From IMG/VR virus record IMGVR_UViG_3300022853_000024: 64,000 nucleotides of DNA, one strand, 5' to 3'. Shown here piece by piece: positions 1 through 9,920 of the stretch (positions within the stretch are counted from its first letter, which is position 1; each line of letters begins with the position of its first letter). Position numbers and translations under genes: made by a program. The notes beneath the pieces were generated by a model. That model was not told the origin of the DNA, ran no database searches, and saw only the letters and a program-made list of their open reading frames with translations. The stretch comes from an uncultured virus (IMG/VR IMGVR_UViG_3300022853_000024). Lineage: Duplodnaviria > Heunggongvirae > Uroviricota > Caudoviricetes.

Positions 1-340
1 TTTTTTTGATCTTGTTTATACCGCCTGATAAATCTTTTGTCATGTATTGAGTATCTTTATACTCTGGCTCAGGTGTTGTTGATGCTTTTCCAGGAACTTC
101 TTCAACTGCTTTTACTTCTGCTTCTGCTTGTACTGCTTCTGGTGTTGGACCTTCAACTGGTGCTGGAGGAGATACTCCTGCGTTTTTAAAAATTTGTGCA
201 ATAGCATTCATGTCTTCTGGAGTATCTCCATACAACATTACTTGTGATGCTTCGTTAAGATGTATTTTTTTTACATCTTCTTTCATTTGCTCTTTGCTTT
301 GAATAGCATCTATTTTTGTTAAAAAATCTCTTATGTCCAT
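1..340 (-). CDS. Hypothetical protein, partial (runs off left edge), possibly head-associated
   Basis: Not in the ORF track. ATG at 340 reads MDIRDFLTKIDAIQSKEQMKEDVKKIHLNEASQV... open to the window edge, directly after the 345-935 gene with an AGGT SD-like site. Confidence 0.7.
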   Translation of the reverse strand, partial: MDIRDFLTKIDAIQSKEQMKEDVKKIHLNEASQVMLYGDTPEDMNAIAQIFKNAGVSPPAPVEGPTPEAVQAEAEVKAVEEVPGKASTTPEPEYKDTQYMTKDLSGGINKIKK

Positions 341-344
341 GTTA

Positions 345-935
345 CTATTTACCTTTCGACTTGCCTGAAATAGGTGACATTGTGTTTTTGCTGTCGCCTG
401 CATTTTCAGTTGCTCCACCATCTTTTGGTGCTTTAATTTCGCCTGCGGCGTCTGGTGCATTTCTTTCTTTACGTGCTTTTTCTAATTCTTTTAATAAATC
501 CATAACTCTCGAATTGCCCACTGTTTTTTGTTCGTCTTTGCTATCTTCATATGCACTGTTTAATTTTGCTTCGTAAGGTGCATCTGATTTTTCTTCTTGA
601 TATGCTTCTTGTGGCTCATTAGGATTTCTTACTATGATATGACTTTCTGGCATGTTACAGTAAGTTTTAATAAACTGTTGTAAAACTTGTGGTGTTGTTG
701 GGTATTGTAATTCTGTGTCAAAGTATGTTGTTCTTTCATTTTCAAGAGCAGGAAAATCCAATGGTCTTTGTTGTATTGGAGTTTTTTTGCCGTTGCTCAT
801 TTTAACAACTACAAATTTTTCTAATGCTGATTCTAAACTGTCAGCGAAACCTTCTGGCAAATCGCCTGCTACACCTATTTTAAAAGGATAAGTTTTTGTG
901 CTTTCTGCTAGGTACTGTTGTAATTTACTTGTCAT
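345..935 (-). CDS. Hypothetical phage protein
   Basis: 196-aa ORF with a late-promoter motif ATAAATA 5 nt upstream of the ATG. Confidence 0.75.
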   Translation of the reverse strand: MTSKLQQYLAESTKTYPFKIGVAGDLPEGFADSLESALEKFVVVKMSNGKKTPIQQRPLDFPALENERTTYFDTELQYPTTPQVLQQFIKTYCNMPESHIIVRNPNEPQEAYQEEKSDAPYEAKLNSAYEDSKDEQKTVGNSRVMDLLKELEKARKERNAPDAAGEIKAPKDGGATENAGDSKNTMSPISGKSKGK

Positions 936-1455
936 CGTTGTATTTATCCATGTTTTTAAGTTTCTCCAATAAACTATTGCGATCGGATATCACATATCCT
1001 TCTCCTTGTACCACATTTGTGTCGGAATCGCCCTGTTTTTGGTCCTGTTTTTGTTTTTTAAGTTGTAAATCAACCATTTTTAATTTTTTATCTATTTTCG
1101 CTACCTTGGCATCCAATGTGGTCTTTAACATATTGCCTGCCACTTCAAATATACGAGCAGAATATCTACTCTCCACATTCATACCCAAATCCATAAGATC
1201 TTCATAGGCAGTGATAGCACGTGTGCCAACATCATCCAGTTCCGAATCTCCTAATTCTCCTAAGCCATCAACTTTTGGTAGTGCCGCCGCAATTTTGTCA
1301 AACTCGGCAATGTCTCGCATTGTGGATTGTTGCTGTTCAATGCTTTTGCTTTTCTTTTCTGTTTTTTTATCTTCTGCCTGTGCTTTTTCTTGTTCTTCTT
1401 TCACTATCTCTTGTGATTCTGGAAGGTTGAGCAGTTCTTCTAATTTTTTGGTCAT
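925..1455 (-). CDS. Terminase small subunit (gp16-like)
   Basis: Helical protein with SARIFEVAGNMLKT (T4-like PRaYEVag motif), a coiled coil and a C-terminal DRNSLLEKLK. Lies next to gp4. Confidence 0.6.
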   Translation of the reverse strand: MTKKLEELLNLPESQEIVKEEQEKAQAEDKKTEKKSKSIEQQQSTMRDIAEFDKIAAALPKVDGLGELGDSELDDVGTRAITAYEDLMDLGMNVESRYSARIFEVAGNMLKTTLDAKVAKIDKKLKMVDLQLKKQKQDQKQGDSDTNVVQGEGYVISDRNSLLEKLKNMDKYNDDK

Positions 1456-1478
1456 AATATATGTACTTTTATTTAGTG

Positions 1479-1916
1479 TTAACTTTTTTTGGCACCATGA
1501 AAAATGTCTTTTTCGTTGATCACTCTAAAACGGAATCCTTTGTTCTTGCACCACATCTGAGCACTAGCCCATTTGGCTCTATTAATAATCAGTTGTGCTT
1601 GATTGTATCTGCTCTTTCCAACTTTTTCTATCAGTGTTTGATTCTCAGGTTTAATTTCTATCACTTCTGCATGAGGTTTTCCATTTTTATCTGTGTAGGC
1701 AATGAAAAAATCTGGAACATATATAGTGAACTTTCCAGTCAGAGGATGTTTGTAAGGAATTCTTATGGATTCGTTAGCCCATTTTTGTATGCTGGGACTT
1801 TCGTCACAAAACTTCATAAAAGCAAATTCCCAACTGCTTCTATATAGAGGAGTTCGTCCTCCAATATATTTGTCTGCATTTTTTATTTGATATCTACCTT
1901 GAGCGAATTTCGCCAT
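1479..1916 (-). CDS. gp4: Head completion nuclease (gp4-like, TnsA/PD-(D/E)xK fold)
   Basis: YRSSWE, W.NE...IPY, YVPDFF and EIKP motifs. Confidence 0.88.
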   Translation of the reverse strand: MAKFAQGRYQIKNADKYIGGRTPLYRSSWEFAFMKFCDESPSIQKWANESIRIPYKHPLTGKFTIYVPDFFIAYTDKNGKPHAEVIEIKPENQTLIEKVGKSRYNQAQLIINRAKWASAQMWCKNKGFRFRVINEKDIFHGAKKS

Positions 1917-1920
1917 TGGA

Positions 1921-2283
1921 CTATACCACTATGTTACGTTTTTCTGAAAGACTGTTTTCAGTTTTAACTTTATAACCAAGTGATGATGTATTTGATCTAT
2001 TGTGATTTAAAATTTCTGTAACAATGTAACTTAACTGTACTTTATCCATGCCTTGCAAAGTGTCTATCAATTCAAAAACTTTAACACCGTCTATTTTTGC
2101 TTGTTGTAAAATCACTGTTGCTGTAGATATGCTGGCAGTTTTATCAAATCCTCTTGATTCAAAATAACCCACAACAGCATCAACATCGTTGCTAGGGAAA
2201 GCAATAGTGTCATTGAAATATTGGTTGAAAAATTCTTTTACTGGTGCACCACTATCATTGTTTTGTTTTGGTATGTTTGACAT
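1921..2283 (-). CDS. Hypothetical phage protein
   Basis: 120-aa ORF tightly packed between neighbours. Confidence 0.7.
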   Translation of the reverse strand: MSNIPKQNNDSGAPVKEFFNQYFNDTIAFPSNDVDAVVGYFESRGFDKTASISTATVILQQAKIDGVKVFELIDTLQGMDKVQLSYIVTEILNHNRSNTSSLGYKVKTENSLSEKRNIVV

Positions 2284-3414
2284 TTATTTCCTTATTACTG
2301 CTTTTGTTATAGCCTTAAAGCCTGCACCTATATTAGAAGCACTTCTGCCTATAAAAGTATTTGGCACACCATAAGCCTGGTCAGCAGTGTTTCCTATTCT
2401 GCCTATTGCTCCTGTTAAGATGTTGAATCCTTCTTGACGTAATCCTTCTTTGGATAAATTTTTTGCATTTTTTAATCTATTGGCTGTTCTAATTATTGAA
2501 CCAAGAGTTATTCCTTGTCTGCCTCCTCCTAGTTGACTACCAATGTATGTGTATGGGCCATCGTTGGCTCCAAACAATCCTGATAATACACCTCCAGTTC
2601 CAAGTAAACTTGTAGATCCTCCTCCTGATAAACTGTTAGGCGATGGAGTTTTGTCATAGTGTTCTTTTCCAAAGCCAGCAGGAGCACCGTTGGCTTGTAC
2701 TTTACCTCTAGAATAAAATACTGCTTCATATTCAACCGACATCTGATTTTGTACTGGTGCTGATTCTTGATTGTTCATTGAATCGTGTTGCCATCTCTGT
2801 ATAATTGGATTTACTAATGTGTAACAAGTGTAAGTTTTTCTTGCCATTTGATAAATTTGAATACTTGTAAAAAATGGAATATTAGCATCCGAGTCTAACC
2901 CAAATCTATTTTTGGTATTTTTTTTCTCTTTTATTACATTTGATTTACTGTAAGCTCTGTCTGTGCTAGTGGATTGATTTCCTTGGGTATCTTTACTGGC
3001 ATAATTTCCATCGTTGAAATAGTATCTATAATATGTTTCCCACAATGCAGTTGTTACTCCATAGTTGTCGTCATGAAAAGTGATGTTAATTGGATCATAT
3101 GAAATTTTCGTTTGTATTTTTCTTTTTATGTTGTATTGTTGTGCAGTAATCATATCCACAGAGTATTGTGGTAAGTCCACTGCCTTCACTAGCATGTTCA
3201 ATTCTCGTTGATGATTACTTAATGGCGGATCTGTGATTGCCGCTTTTGGGTTGATATTAAAAACCACATGATATAAAAATTTTTGTTTGGGTGCTAATCT
3301 AAAACTGTCATCCACATACAGTCTAGAAGCATGGCTGAAATCTGCTAGATTTCCTTTAGGATTGAGTGTTCCTTTAAAAACATTATCTAAAAAACCTTTG
3401 AGTAAATTTGCCAT
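2284..3414 (-). CDS. Tail tube-like / baseplate-tail tube initiator (gp48/gp54-like)
   Basis: Tube-fold motifs (LVKAVDLPQY, YDPINITFHDD, YTLVNPII), a Gly-rich C-terminus and position downstream of the tail tube gene. Confidence 0.65.
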   Translation of the reverse strand: MANLLKGFLDNVFKGTLNPKGNLADFSHASRLYVDDSFRLAPKQKFLYHVVFNINPKAAITDPPLSNHQRELNMLVKAVDLPQYSVDMITAQQYNIKRKIQTKISYDPINITFHDDNYGVTTALWETYYRYYFNDGNYASKDTQGNQSTSTDRAYSKSNVIKEKKNTKNRFGLDSDANIPFFTSIQIYQMARKTYTCYTLVNPIIQRWQHDSMNNQESAPVQNQMSVEYEAVFYSRGKVQANGAPAGFGKEHYDKTPSPNSLSGGGSTSLLGTGGVLSGLFGANDGPYTYIGSQLGGGRQGITLGSIIRTANRLKNAKNLSKEGLRQEGFNILTGAIGRIGNTADQAYGVPNTFIGRSASNIGAGFKAITKAVIRK

Positions 3415-3456
3415 GTACAGTATTTATGTGCTGTAAAAAGTGATGTGTTAAAAACC

Positions 3457-3484
3457 AAAAAAGGGACTTAAAAAGTCCCCTTTT
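3457..3484 (-). terminator. Rho-independent terminator after the tail tube gene
   Basis: GGGACT-loop-AGTCCC hairpin followed by a T6 tract on the - strand. Confidence 0.8.
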
Positions 3485-3516
3485 CAATACTTTAAATTTT
3501 TAAATGCTTACGAAAA

Positions 3517-4143
3517 TTACGCTCCGCCACCCGTAATCAAAGTGTTTATAGTTCTGCCTACAGCAGTTCCTACACCCGAACCTTGAGGAGTTTGGATAGC
3601 ATTGTCGTATCTTAATGCTAACGTTACAGTAACTGGTTCACTTGTACTGTACGATAATTGATTATAGTTTGCTGATTCAATATAGCAACCGTATAATTCA
3701 AATGTTTCTAATGTGTTTGGAGTGTTTGCTCCGTTACCACCATCTAATATTTCAATTCTAGTAACAAATTTGTAATCAGCACCTGATGCCGCCGCACTCA
3801 TTTCAAAGAAGTCAAATTGTTTCTGTAGTTGCTCGCCAACAAGTTTTTGTACGTTGTTGCTAACATCTTCTCTTAATGTAAGTGTAACAGTTTCCCATGT
3901 GTGTTTACCTGCTAGATAAACTTTAGAGTTATACACGTCAACAGTAGTTGTTTCGAAACTTAAATTAGGTCTTGTAATATCTACAACTTGCTTTGTTAGT
4001 TCAGTAGTTGGTGTAGATACACCAAAGTTTTCTAGTGATACTCTAAAACGATACTGTAACTTTGGCATTAACAGACCTTGGTTAGAAGCAGATTGGTTAC
4101 TGTCTAAAGGTACTGTAATTTTTGATAGTGTAGATATACTCAT
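3517..4143 (-). CDS. gp19: Tail tube protein (gp19-like)
   Basis: Follows the sheath gene. Motifs PKLQYRFRV, YLAGKHTWE and ELYGC...LRYDNA. Confidence 0.85.
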   Translation of the reverse strand: MSISTLSKITVPLDSNQSASNQGLLMPKLQYRFRVSLENFGVSTPTTELTKQVVDITRPNLSFETTTVDVYNSKVYLAGKHTWETVTLTLREDVSNNVQKLVGEQLQKQFDFFEMSAAASGADYKFVTRIEILDGGNGANTPNTLETFELYGCYIESANYNQLSYSTSEPVTVTLALRYDNAIQTPQGSGVGTAVGRTINTLITGGGA

Positions 4144-4168
4144 TTGTTTCTCCTATAATATTTATCTA

Positions 4169-7100
4169 TTATAATCCTGCTATTTCGCCAGTATTTTTCA
4201 ATCTTAATGGTACGTAGATGAACTCTACTGCTTTGACTGGTTCAATAGCAATATCTAAGTACAACTCGTTTCTGTCTATCCTAGTAGGTGTGTTGTTTGA
4301 TTCGTCACACACAACCAAGAAGTCATAAATCGCTCTGTTACCAACTAGTTCAAGTAATAAACTTTCTGCTTGAGCTTTGATTTCATCTCTTGTGATTTTA
4401 TCATTTGGCTCAAAAACATAAGGTCTCGCTAATTTGTTTAACTGACTTCTCATGTAAATTACTAATCTAGCAACGTTAATTCTGTCTAATGCAGAACTTC
4501 CAGCAAATCTTGTTTTTTGTCCGTAGTTGACTAAACCAGCACCTGTTATGAAAGTGATTGGGTTAACATTGTTTGAATACAGTGTATCTCTTTGTCCTTC
4601 ATTTAATGCTGTTGAAACAAATTCGCCTTCGTTGTTAATGTAACCTGTTGAACTTGCATTTGTGATTCCACCACGTCTTGTACCTGCTGGAGCAAACCAT
4701 GGAAAAGAAACTTGATCACTTAAAGCAATAGTTCTCATCATCATGTGACTTGATGGAACAACTACATTGTTTCCAAAGTTATCACTTGTGAATCCTGATG
4801 GATAAAATACTCCAAGATATTCGTCTGTGCTTACAAGTCCGTTATCGTTGTCTTCCACTGCTAGGTTAACATTTGATGCCCAATTTTGTAAACTTGTTGC
4901 ATCTGGTGTTAATCTCATTGGTGAGTCACCGACTATAAATGCTGACAAGCCTCTGTCATTGTTTAACGAAATCATTTCGCCAATCAATTCTGGATAACCT
5001 GGTGTTGCCATAATGTTAAACAATCTAGACTCGTCATCTCTGATTTCTTGATTAGAATTTAACATCGCTTGTAATGATTGTACAACAACTTTTTTCTGTG
5101 CTATTCTACCAAATGATCCCGAACCATCTACTTGGTTAGCCGATTCAGTTGTCCATCTGTGTGGATAGTAAGCCGACATTGGACTGCCGCTGTCTGTGCC
5201 TCTTGTGTTGTTTGCTGTGACATCGACATAATTTCTTGTAAATTTCTTAACATTGAAACCTGATCGTCTTGTGTTCCATAGCAACATACCTTTTGGATAT
5301 AGTGCTGGATCTGGAGCATCAGTGTCTAGGAAGTCACTTGCTAATAATTCTGCAATAGTGCCTGTTGGTGCAACTGTTGCCGTACCACCTGTTGTACCGT
5401 ATCTAGCATCAGCAAATAGAATTCCATTTTCTGTTGTTTGGTCAGTTGAATCAACTAGAATCCATTTTAACAACGAAGTTGCATTCCATTTGTAAATTGT
5501 TGGATAATTTTCTAAGTCTGCTGTTGAAATCCATAAGTCGCCTTCCACCAGTAGTGTTGTTCCATCTGATTGTCTAATTGGAGCAGTTGATTTAACTTGT
5601 GGACCTGCTGGATCTGAACCTGGTACTGCTGAGTAACCTTTCCAGTTGTCGCCGTCGTGATACATGATATCAACTTGATCAACAATTGATGAGTACCATA
5701 GTTGACCATCTGCCGCAGTTGTTGTAACTGCTGTGGCACTTGCTGTGTAAGTTAAAATTTTCCAGTTACTTGCTCTGAATCCAGTGCTTGTTGTGTACAA
5801 GTTCGCTGTACCTGCCTTGGCAACATAGTTGTAACCTGAGAAACCTGCTTCACCCAAAGTACCGCTTGTGTCAACAATTTCAAATTCTCCGCCATCATTG
5901 TGTTCAATTGAAACTCTGTTTGATGCATCAACGCTTGCCACAATGTTTGTGAATCCTGAACCGTTAATAGCACCTGCTATTAAATCAGCATCACTTGCCG
6001 CTCCTGTTGGAGTTACACTAACTGTTACTGCTGAGTTCAATGCTAGTTGTCCTACAACTGATTCAGCAATAGTAAATGTTTTGCTACCTGTTGTGATTAC
6101 TGTACCTGTGATTTTTGTTGAACCTGTGATTTTTGTTGAACCTGTAGATTCTCTTCTAAAAATTGTTTGCTCTAACGCATCTGTTCCATTGTAATGGTCA
6201 ATGTATAAATTGCCTACAGCAAGATTTAATCCACCACCTGTTCTATCTAGATTGTATAGAGCTGTTTCGGCATCTGAATAAATTGGTGCTGTTATGTCTT
6301 CCCATAACTTTGTTGTACCATTGAATTTTTTAACTGTCCAATTTGCACCTGAGTTAGGTGTTGTTGTTTTAACCCATAAAGAACCTGTTGGTCTTGATTC
6401 GTCGTCACCAGTTTTGTATGCTGGTACAGAAGTGTGTGGGGCAGTTGTTAGTTTTGGAACGTAATATGTTCCTACTGCAATACCCAAACCTACTGCTATA
6501 TCCAATGTACCTGATGCAAGTTGAATGTCTTGGTCATTAGAACCATCATAATAGATTGCTAATATTCCGCCTATTGCTCTTGCTGATAAACCTGAAACAC
6601 CAGCACCTGTAATGTCTGAAGCCACTGCTGTTGCTGTTGTACCTGATGTTGTGATTGTAGAATCACCACCGTTGATAGTGATTGTGAAAGTTGTTCCTGA
6701 ACCAATAACACCTGTGTAACCCACTGTTGCTGTTGATCCTGACACAGTTGGATTTGATGCAACCCATCCTGTTGAACCTACGCCTACCCAACTACCGTCG
6801 TATTTTTTGTAAAACATTTCGTTGGCATCTGTTGTTGCCACGATTGCATAATCACCTGCTTGTCCAAATGAAGTTTTTGGAACACCTGCATTTAAAAGTG
6901 TTGCACTTGTAATTACGTGAGGAATTTTGTTGCTAAAAGTTTGTCCACCTGTTGTTGATGCTGAAGCACTATTCCATTCAAATATTCCAAATTTTGAAAC
7001 TGCTGTGTCAAACCAATAAGTTCCAGATTCTGGATTTGCCGCTGGTGCTGTTGCTGTTGCTTCTAATTGACCTAGATCAACATCTGCTCTCACAACGTAT

Positions 7101-7420
7101 GCTCTGTTGGCAACACCTAAATAACTGTAAGCCGCTTGTAATCCGTATTCGTTTGTTTCACCACCATTGATAGGATTATTATTGGCATCTGTTTTAAATA
7201 TTGGATCACCAAATGTTTCTGCTAATTCTCTTTGAGAAGTCATCAAGTACACTTTGCCTGCGTTAGCGGCTGTTGTACCTTGTGCTATTCCTGTTCCGGA
7301 ACTGCTTGTTTTGTCTGTTGCCGAAGCAACGAAAATCATAGGGACTGTGCCCGGTTCTGCTGGTGTGTAGAAACTTTCGTCTATTACACTAACTTGTACT
7401 CCTGGTGAAACTAATGCCAT
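4169..7420 (-). CDS. gp18: Contractile tail sheath protein (gp18-like) with a large central insertion
   Basis: N-terminal LVSPGVQVSVIDES. C-terminal PWFAPAGTRRG, RDTLY..VNPI, SALDRINVARL, FEPND, CDESNNT and PVKAVEFI. Confidence 0.95.
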   Translation of the reverse strand: MALVSPGVQVSVIDESFYTPAEPGTVPMIFVASATDKTSSSGTGIAQGTTAANAGKVYLMTSQRELAETFGDPIFKTDANNNPINGGETNEYGLQAAYSYLGVANRAYVVRADVDLGQLEATATAPAANPESGTYWFDTAVSKFGIFEWNSASASTTGGQTFSNKIPHVITSATLLNAGVPKTSFGQAGDYAIVATTDANEMFYKKYDGSWVGVGSTGWVASNPTVSGSTATVGYTGVIGSGTTFTITINGGDSTITTSGTTATAVASDITGAGVSGLSARAIGGILAIYYDGSNDQDIQLASGTLDIAVGLGIAVGTYYVPKLTTAPHTSVPAYKTGDDESRPTGSLWVKTTTPNSGANWTVKKFNGTTKLWEDITAPIYSDAETALYNLDRTGGGLNLAVGNLYIDHYNGTDALEQTIFRRESTGSTKITGSTKITGTVITTGSKTFTIAESVVGQLALNSAVTVSVTPTGAASDADLIAGAINGSGFTNIVASVDASNRVSIEHNDGGEFEIVDTSGTLGEAGFSGYNYVAKAGTANLYTTSTGFRASNWKILTYTASATAVTTTAADGQLWYSSIVDQVDIMYHDGDNWKGYSAVPGSDPAGPQVKSTAPIRQSDGTTLLVEGDLWISTADLENYPTIYKWNATSLLKWILVDSTDQTTENGILFADARYGTTGGTATVAPTGTIAELLASDFLDTDAPDPALYPKGMLLWNTRRSGFNVKKFTRNYVDVTANNTRGTDSGSPMSAYYPHRWTTESANQVDGSGSFGRIAQKKVVVQSLQAMLNSNQEIRDDESRLFNIMATPGYPELIGEMISLNNDRGLSAFIVGDSPMRLTPDATSLQNWASNVNLAVEDNDNGLVSTDEYLGVFYPSGFTSDNFGNNVVVPSSHMMMRTIALSDQVSFPWFAPAGTRRGGITNASSTGYINNEGEFVSTALNEGQRDTLYSNNVNPITFITGAGLVNYGQKTRFAGSSALDRINVARLVIYMRSQLNKLARPYVFEPNDKITRDEIKAQAESLLLELVGNRAIYDFLVVCDESNNTPTRIDRNELYLDIAIEPVKAVEFIYVPLRLKNTGEIAGL

Positions 7421-7541
7421 CTTTTTATCTCCTATTAAAGTGTAAAACTTTATATTGCTAGTATTTATGACAATGTGTCAAATCAAGCCGTATTAAGTGT
7501 TATTAAAAAAGGGGTTAAAAAGGGCAGGTAAATACATTCGT

Positions 7542-7883
7542 ATGAGACCATTATGCATTAAATGTAACCAAAGACCTTGTGCTGTGAACTATAAAAAAGG
7601 CAATAAGACTTATTATAGAAAGCAATGTGAGATGTGTTTGAAGCATGGAGGACCCAGCGGTTATCAACCCAAATGGTATATTGCTGGATATAGAACTAAA
7701 ACAAAGTGTGATAAATGTGGACACTCCAGCAAGTATAAACAACAATTTAACGTGTTTCATGTGGACAGTAATCTTAATAATTGTAAGTTTAATAATTTAA
7801 AAACAGTGTGTGCTAACTGCCAGAGATCGTTGCACCTTGAAGGAATCCGTTGGCAACAAGGCGATCTTGTACCTGATTTTTAA
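7542..7883 (+). CDS. Zn-finger / HNH-like protein
   Basis: Four CxxC pairs and HVDSNLNNCKFNNLKTVCANCQ. ATG at 7542 follows a TAAATAC late-type motif. Confidence 0.7.
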   Translation: MRPLCIKCNQRPCAVNYKKGNKTYYRKQCEMCLKHGGPSGYQPKWYIAGYRTKTKCDKCGHSSKYKQQFNVFHVDSNLNNCKFNNLKTVCANCQRSLHLEGIRWQQGDLVPDF

Positions 7884-8439
7884 GTTCAGTAATGGTGCCA
7901 TTGTTGGATAATTCTGTGTTAAAATTTGTGTTTGCCCATGCCCATTCAGAAGGATGTACATCTTTGGGTTCTTTTCCAATGTCCTGATACATTTTAAACC
8001 ATAATGGCAGTTGTCCTCTTTTTACCCACCATACTTCTCCGTTAATTTCTTTAATCATTGTGGCTTCATTTTCAAAACGCACATCGGGTATTACCCAGTT
8101 GATGTTTGGATTATCTAAAACTTTCTTTTTTGCTAAACTTACCCACACACCATTATAAAACCCATCACGCATACATTCTGTGCCAAACACTTGAAGCACA
8201 TGTCTGGGAGTAATATCTTTACCCATTTCTTTGCTCCAAAATTCATCAGATTTTTCACGCCATGCTCTACTTTCATCTGTTTTTCCGTCCAACAGTTGTC
8301 TGTCCCAATCAAACATTTCAGCCACACTGTCTTTCAATTTGTCAGCAAAAGATAATTTTTCAAAGTTCTTTTCTTTTACTAAAAAGTCAGCGATGGTATC
8401 TTTGCCTGAACCTATCAGTCCGCATATTCCTATAATCAT
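7813..8439 (-). CDS. gp1: Deoxynucleoside monophosphate kinase (gp1-like)
   Basis: P-loop GLIGSGKDT, SFADKLK, TPRHVLQVFGTE, DVRFENE and HPSE. Confidence 0.92.
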   Translation of the reverse strand: MIIGICGLIGSGKDTIADFLVKEKNFEKLSFADKLKDSVAEMFDWDRQLLDGKTDESRAWREKSDEFWSKEMGKDITPRHVLQVFGTECMRDGFYNGVWVSLAKKKVLDNPNINWVIPDVRFENEATMIKEINGEVWWVKRGQLPLWFKMYQDIGKEPKDVHPSEWAWANTNFNTELSNNGTITELKNQVQDRLVANGFLQGATISGS

Positions 8440-9074
8440 AATTGTAATTGTGTTGTTCCTACTCCTACCTTGCCTTTAACAAAGAAATTAAATGCTAGAC
8501 TTAATCTGTCTTTGTCTGCATCTTGCGGCGGCACTGTGTGTTCCAACCAAGATGGAAACATATACAGATCATTTTTTTTAGGCTTTAAACCGTAATAGTC
8601 TAGATTGAATTGATTATTATTTTTATTTTTAAAAGTTGGTTTGACTGTGTCGTGAAAAAGATTTGTGTAAAAATAAGGCTTGTTAAATATGATCGGAGCA
8701 GATGTGTCATCACTTTCAACATAATACACTCCACTGATCATTGCATTTGGGTGTGAATGTTGAATAATATGATCACCTTTTCCATTTTTGTTTACCCAAC
8801 TTGTTGTCAATTCAAACTCTTGTTCAATATCTAATACATCGCTAACAAAATGATTCATCACTTTCAATATCTGTTGTCTAAGATTTTTTAATTGAGGTTG
8901 ATTCAACACTTGCATTCCTGCATTTTTTGGTTCTTCGTTTTCTGCTTTGTACAGCCCAACACTTTGTGAAGGAAATTCTAAATTTTTAATCCATGATTCT
9001 TCAATAGGATCTAAGGGATCTAAAACTGTTTGATATAACGGTACCGAAAATAAAGGAGTAAGATGATGTTTCAT
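8436..9074 (-). CDS. Putative 2OG-Fe(II) oxygenase (TIGR02466-like)
   Basis: SWVN, HSHPNAMISGVYY, FPSWLEHTV and RLSLAFN motifs. Confidence 0.85.
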   Translation of the reverse strand: MKHHLTPLFSVPLYQTVLDPLDPIEESWIKNLEFPSQSVGLYKAENEEPKNAGMQVLNQPQLKNLRQQILKVMNHFVSDVLDIEQEFELTTSWVNKNGKGDHIIQHSHPNAMISGVYYVESDDTSAPIIFNKPYFYTNLFHDTVKPTFKNKNNNQFNLDYYGLKPKKNDLYMFPSWLEHTVPPQDADKDRLSLAFNFFVKGKVGVGTTQLQL

Positions 9075-9081
9075 ATAGTGT

Positions 9082-9110
9082 ATATTACTATATGTTTAGT
9101 AAATTGTCAA
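9082..9110 (-). promoter_or_regulatory. Sigma70-type (early/middle) promoter for the oxygenase-dNMP kinase pair
   Basis: TTGACA-17 nt-TAATAT on the - strand, with the -10 box 7 nt before the ATG at 9074. Confidence 0.65.
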
Positions 9111-9117
9111 CTAAGAC

Positions 9118-9876
9118 TTAACCAATTGCGAATGAATATCCTTGACCACCGCTGGTTTGTGTTTTAACTTCTATTTCAAGTCTTTCCATCTCTGCTAAGG
9201 CTTCGTTTTTCAATGCATCACCATTCAGTGATGTTCCACCTTGTGGACCTGCTATTGTGTTGAATTTGCTTCTTGCTTCACCCAGCATGTACTTACATTT
9301 TGCAAGTGTGTAATCTTTTAACCATTTTTTTGACAAATAATCTTTAAGCAATTCCGAATCTGGTCTGTAATTGTAAGCCTCTAATAATACTTCTTCGCCT
9401 TGTCTTGGTCTTTGAAGTATCGTTAATTTTTTGGTTGTTGTGTTCCATTTAAATTCTATAAAAGAACCAAACATTCTTCCTACTAATTCTTGGTATTGAG
9501 CAAACATATCATAAGTTGCAACACCGCCCATGTTGGAACTTGCTAATAGATAAGTGTTTGTGTATGCTAGGTTGAATGGTTCGAACAATGTACCACCATC
9601 GCCTCCACCTGATCTTGAACCTATCGATCTTCTGTAGATTTGTCTTACTTCTATCACTTCATTTGGAAGTGTGTAATCGTTTTGATCCTGTACTAGAGGC
9701 AAAAACATGTAACTTTCTTCCACAGAGTTGTCCGATCTTTGACGGAATCTATCTAATGCATCTGTTAGGGCTGTTTCGTAGTGATTAGGGTCTAATTCTA
9801 CGTCTACCATACCGCCACCTAGGCTGGTATAAACATAGTCATATACTTCTTGTTTCTGTGTTGTTAAATCGCTCAT
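9118..9876 (-). CDS. gp13: Neck protein (gp13-like)
   Basis: LGGGMVDVELD, Y.LP..VIEV and KYMLGEARSKF..I.GP.GG.SLNG motifs. Start moved to MSDLTT (9876), which has an AAGGA SD. Confidence 0.88.
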   Translation of the reverse strand: MSDLTTQKQEVYDYVYTSLGGGMVDVELDPNHYETALTDALDRFRQRSDNSVEESYMFLPLVQDQNDYTLPNEVIEVRQIYRRSIGSRSGGGDGGTLFEPFNLAYTNTYLLASSNMGGVATYDMFAQYQELVGRMFGSFIEFKWNTTTKKLTILQRPRQGEEVLLEAYNYRPDSELLKDYLSKKWLKDYTLAKCKYMLGEARSKFNTIAGPQGGTSLNGDALKNEALAEMERLEIEVKTQTSGGQGYSFAIG

Positions 9877-9893
9877 ACAGTTTTCCTTATACA

Positions 9894-9913
9894 TATTTAT
9901 CGTCCGATAAATA
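9894..9913. promoter_or_regulatory. Back-to-back divergent late promoters (ATAAATA on both strands)
   Basis: tatttat at 9894-9900 (- strand) and gataaata at 9906-9913 (+ strand), between gp13 and gp14. Confidence 0.7.
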
Positions 9914-9920
9914 TATGTAT

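Noticed and set aside
1479..1916. TnsA-like transposase indicating a Tn7 element
   Set aside because: Size, motifs and context match T4 gp4, and no tnsB/tnsC genes or transposon ends are present.
7455..7482. TTGACA upstream of the tail sheath gene as a sigma70 promoter
   Set aside because: No acceptable -10 box at 16-18 nt spacing. The ATAAATA late motif explains the site better.
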